Translations under genes and position numbers: made by a program
Notes under the pieces: generated by a model
The model's input: only the letters and a program-made list of their open reading frames with translations
The model's database searches: none
What the model was told of the DNA's origin: nothing
Shown here: positions 62,445-64,000 of the stretch, piece by piece
Numbering within the stretch: the stretch's first letter is position 1
Layout of the letters: each line of letters opens with the position of its first letter
Assembly: GCF_964213995.1 (NCBI RefSeq)
Contig: NC_135805.1
Span: 66,774,001-66,838,000, forward strand
Length of the DNA: 64,000 nt
DNA from: Mustelus asterias
Lineage: Eukaryota
Reading direction: 5' to 3'

Positions 62445-63830
62445 AAGTTTGTTCAGAAAGGTTGTAAGGATAAGCCCAGCAATTACAGACCAGTCAGTTG
62501 AACTTTGGTGCTGAGAAGCTTCCAGAAACAATTATCCAGGATAGAATTAACAGTGCCAAGGAAAAATGTTTGATTAGGAAGTGCCAGCACAGACTTCTTA
62601 AAAGAAAATGATGTTTAATTAACTTGCAGGACTCTTTTGAAGAGATAATAGAGAGGGTTGATGAGGATAATGCTGTTGATGTGGTATACATAGTTTGATA
62701 CAGTGCCGCACAACAGATTTGTGAGAAAAGTTATAGCTCATGGAATTAAGAAGGACAGCAGCAATACGAATACAAGATTGGCTGATTAGCAGGAAACAGT
62801 GAGTAATGGTTAATGGATATTTTTTGGGCTGAAGGGAGGTTTATAGCGACATTCCCAGGGGTGGTATCCAGACCCTTGCTTTTCCTGATTTATATTAATG
62901 ATCTAGATCTTGGTGTGCAGCGGACAATTTCAAAGTTTACGGATGACACAAAACTTGGAAGCTTTGTAAACTATGAGGATAGTGTAAAACTTCAAGAAGA
63001 CATAGACAAGTTGGTGGAGTGGGCAGATAGGTGGCAGATGTAGTTCAATGCAGAAAGGTATGAAGTGATTTTGGTAGGAAGAACATGGAGAGACTGTATA
63101 GCAAAAAAGGGGTGCAGGAGCAGAAAGACCTGGGTGTATGTGTGCATAAGTCATTGAAGGTGGCAGGACAGATGGTGAGAGCAGTTAATAAAGCATACAG
63201 TATCCTAGGCTTTAATAGTATGGGCAAAGAGAACAAGAGCAAGGAGTTTATGCTGAACATACATAGGACAATAGTTAGACCTCAGCTGGAATATTGTGCA
63301 CAGTTCTGGGCACTACACTGTAGGAATGATGCGAATGCATTTGAGAGAGTGCAGAAGAGGTTAACAAAAATGGTTCCATATGAGGAACTTTAATTAGGAA
63401 GATAGAAAGGAGAAGTTGCGACTGTTCTTCTTGGAGAGAAGAAAGCGAAGAGGAGATTTGATAGAGATGTTCAAAATCATGAGGAGGCTGGACAGAGTAG
63501 ATGGGGAGAAACTGTTCTCACTCTTAAAAGGATTGAGAATGAGACAGCACAGATCTAAAGGTCTAAAGAAAACAAAGCAAATGTGATGTGAAGCAAAACT
63601 TTTTCACAAAATGAGTGGTCCAGGTTTGGAATGCACAGCCTGGAAGTATGGTGGAGGCAGGTTCAATCAAGGCATTCAAGAGGGCATTAAATGAGTATTT
63701 GAATAGAAACCATGCAGGAGTATGGGGCAAAGGCAGGGGAATGGCACTAAATCATGATGCTCGTTTGGAGAGCTGGTGTAGTCACGATGGGCCAAATGGT
63801 CCCCTTCTGTGCTGTAACAATTCTGTCATT
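62445..63830 (+). mobile_element. Degenerate CR1 LINE (RT to tail)
   Basis: NYRPVS, LFLIYINDLD, KFTDDTK, EYCAQFW, and CR1-type tail. Confidence 0.88.
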
Positions 63831-63915
63831 CTTTGAAGGCAGTTTTCTTGGTGTCCTCATCAACATCTCAGGGTCAGGGTTGGGGGTGAGGTGGGGCCCC
63901 TGGGCGGGGGGGGCG

Positions 63916-63917
<2 letters not shown>

Positions 63918-63964
<47 letters not shown>
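63918..63964 (+). repeat. (TG)n microsatellite
   Basis: About 23 perfect TG units. Confidence 0.97.
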
Positions 63965-63965
<1 letters not shown>

Positions 63966-64000
63966 AAGGTGCCCCAAGCAAGGCTCAGTCTGGGTTTATT

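Noticed and set aside
1-64000. CRISPR array, operon or other prokaryotic system
   Set aside because: No regularly spaced repeats and no gene-dense structure; the content is vertebrate interspersed repeats.

Overview
Repeat-dense, apparently non-coding (intronic or intergenic) vertebrate DNA, almost certainly from a cartilaginous fish (shark), judged by many HE1-type V-SINEs that share a CR1/HER1-like 3' tail. I could not support any host protein-coding exon. Every long ORF in the track maps to a decayed retroelement or to a GC-rich MITE. The window contains CR1, L2, Rex1/Babar and RTE LINE fragments, two tail variants of V-SINE, other tRNA SINEs, solo LTRs and Harbinger-like MITEs. It also contains three families (here A, B, C) of Penelope-like element (PLE) termini, each carrying a minimal hammerhead-ribozyme motif. 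These PLE pieces often form inverted repeats and are flanked by 9-15 bp target-site duplications (TSDs). The most notable observations are: a U3-A8 compensatory hammerhead core in family B; two family-A insertions at the same site of family B; 26-41 bp PLE micro-insertions; a PLE RT fragment fused in frame with Rex1; a V-SINE with a Rex1-like tail; and a locally templated duplication captured at a SINE insertion. Family names come from motif recognition, not database searches. Boundaries of old elements are approximate (tens of bp).
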